Of a stretch of 64,000 nt of DNA, positions 63,278-64,000 are shown one piece after another (position 1 is the first letter of the stretch; every line of letters begins with the position of its first letter). Both the position numbers and the translations under genes were made by a program. The stretch comes from Camelus dromedarius (taxonomy: Eukaryota): positions 67,396,001-67,460,000 of the forward strand of contig NC_087437.1 in the NCBI RefSeq assembly GCF_036321535.1. Direction: 5' to 3'. Below the pieces are notes generated by a model. It was not told where the DNA came from, did not search any database, and worked only from the letters and a program-made list of their open reading frames with translations.

Positions 63278-63532
63278 GTGATTAGAAGTGTAAATTCTAA
63301 AGTTAAAAAGCCTGGGTCCAAATTCAGATTCACCCTCTAATTAACTGATAATTAGCAAGTTACTTGAAACCTACATACCTCCTCTGTAACATGAGGATAA
63401 TAGCTACGTACATCCCTGTGTTAATGTGATGATTACATGAAATAATTCATTTAAAATAGTCTACTAGCATCATTTTGGCCCATAGTAAGAGCTCTAAAAG
63501 TAAAGATAAAAGGGACTTTTATCATTATTATT
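63278..63532 (+). mobile_element. MIR SINE
   Basis: gcctgggtccaaattc...gcaagttacttgaaacc...ctgtaacatgaggataatagctac...gattacatgaaataat. Confidence 0.7.
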
Positions 63533-64000
63533 CTGATCTGGTCCTGGCTTAACATAGAGCTCTCATCAATTACTTCCTTGGACTCCATATTTAGAAATTT
63601 TGTGGAACTGTCTGATGGAACATTCTACGAAATTTGTCGTAGAATAATATATGTAAATTTGTGTCCAAACTCTCAACTTCTCAAATTTTTTTTCCCAAAA
63701 TAGGTTTCTAAATTAAAATATATACTTGAACACATGTACATTTTGTAATTCAAAGATCAACCACAGGGGAATGTGTAACAGTCCCATATTTGAGCCTATC
63801 TACTAAAAATCAAATATTAATGAAGACCAGAATCTCCACCCCCAACGTTTTAAGCCATGTTCCCTGTTTTAAAAATTGTATACGTGAAATAATCTTACAC
63901 ATTTCTCAGAATAACCTTGAAAACATCGAATCTTGAACTGAATTTTTTTTTTAAATAACTGAACTCAACGTTAGCTGTTGGCAGTTTTTCCCACTCTGCT

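Noticed and set aside
1..64000. CRISPR arrays, operons, rRNA or prokaryotic defence systems; host gene identity
   Set aside because: This is eukaryotic repeat-rich DNA with no spaced direct-repeat array or gene-dense region. No recognisable coding exon allows a gene symbol to be assigned.

Overview
Mammalian non-coding DNA, either a long intron or an intergenic stretch. It is most likely camelid: it carries a tRNA-Ala-derived Vic-1-like SINE at 32108-32197 and cetartiodactyl-type L1 3' ends, and I saw no Alu, B1, BovA/BovB, PRE1 or CHR-2 elements. I recognise no protein-coding exon. The only ORFs with recognisable homology are decayed LINE-1 ORF2 fragments. Much of the window is ancient interspersed repeat (L1M, L2, MIR, MLT1, MER5/20/58/63/103, ERV1-type LTRs), often nested. 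The most notable items are: (1) a young, CpG-rich 311-bp solo LTR with TG..CA ends and a perfect 5-bp target-site duplication (TSD) at 4192-4502; (2) a polypyrimidine-CAG|GTGAGT junction that looks like a recursive splice site (38211/38212), followed by two hairpins; (3) two candidate + strand promoter/first-exon units, at about 5240-5390 and 30250-30500 (the second with a dense E-box cluster); (4) a five-tract G-quadruplex at 6086-6104; and (5) several enhancer-like motif clusters. The + strand splice signals would fit the 5' part of a long-intron gene or lncRNA, but I cannot name it. Repeat family names are from memory of consensus sequences, and most repeat boundaries are approximate. I see no convincing evidence of a novel coding system.
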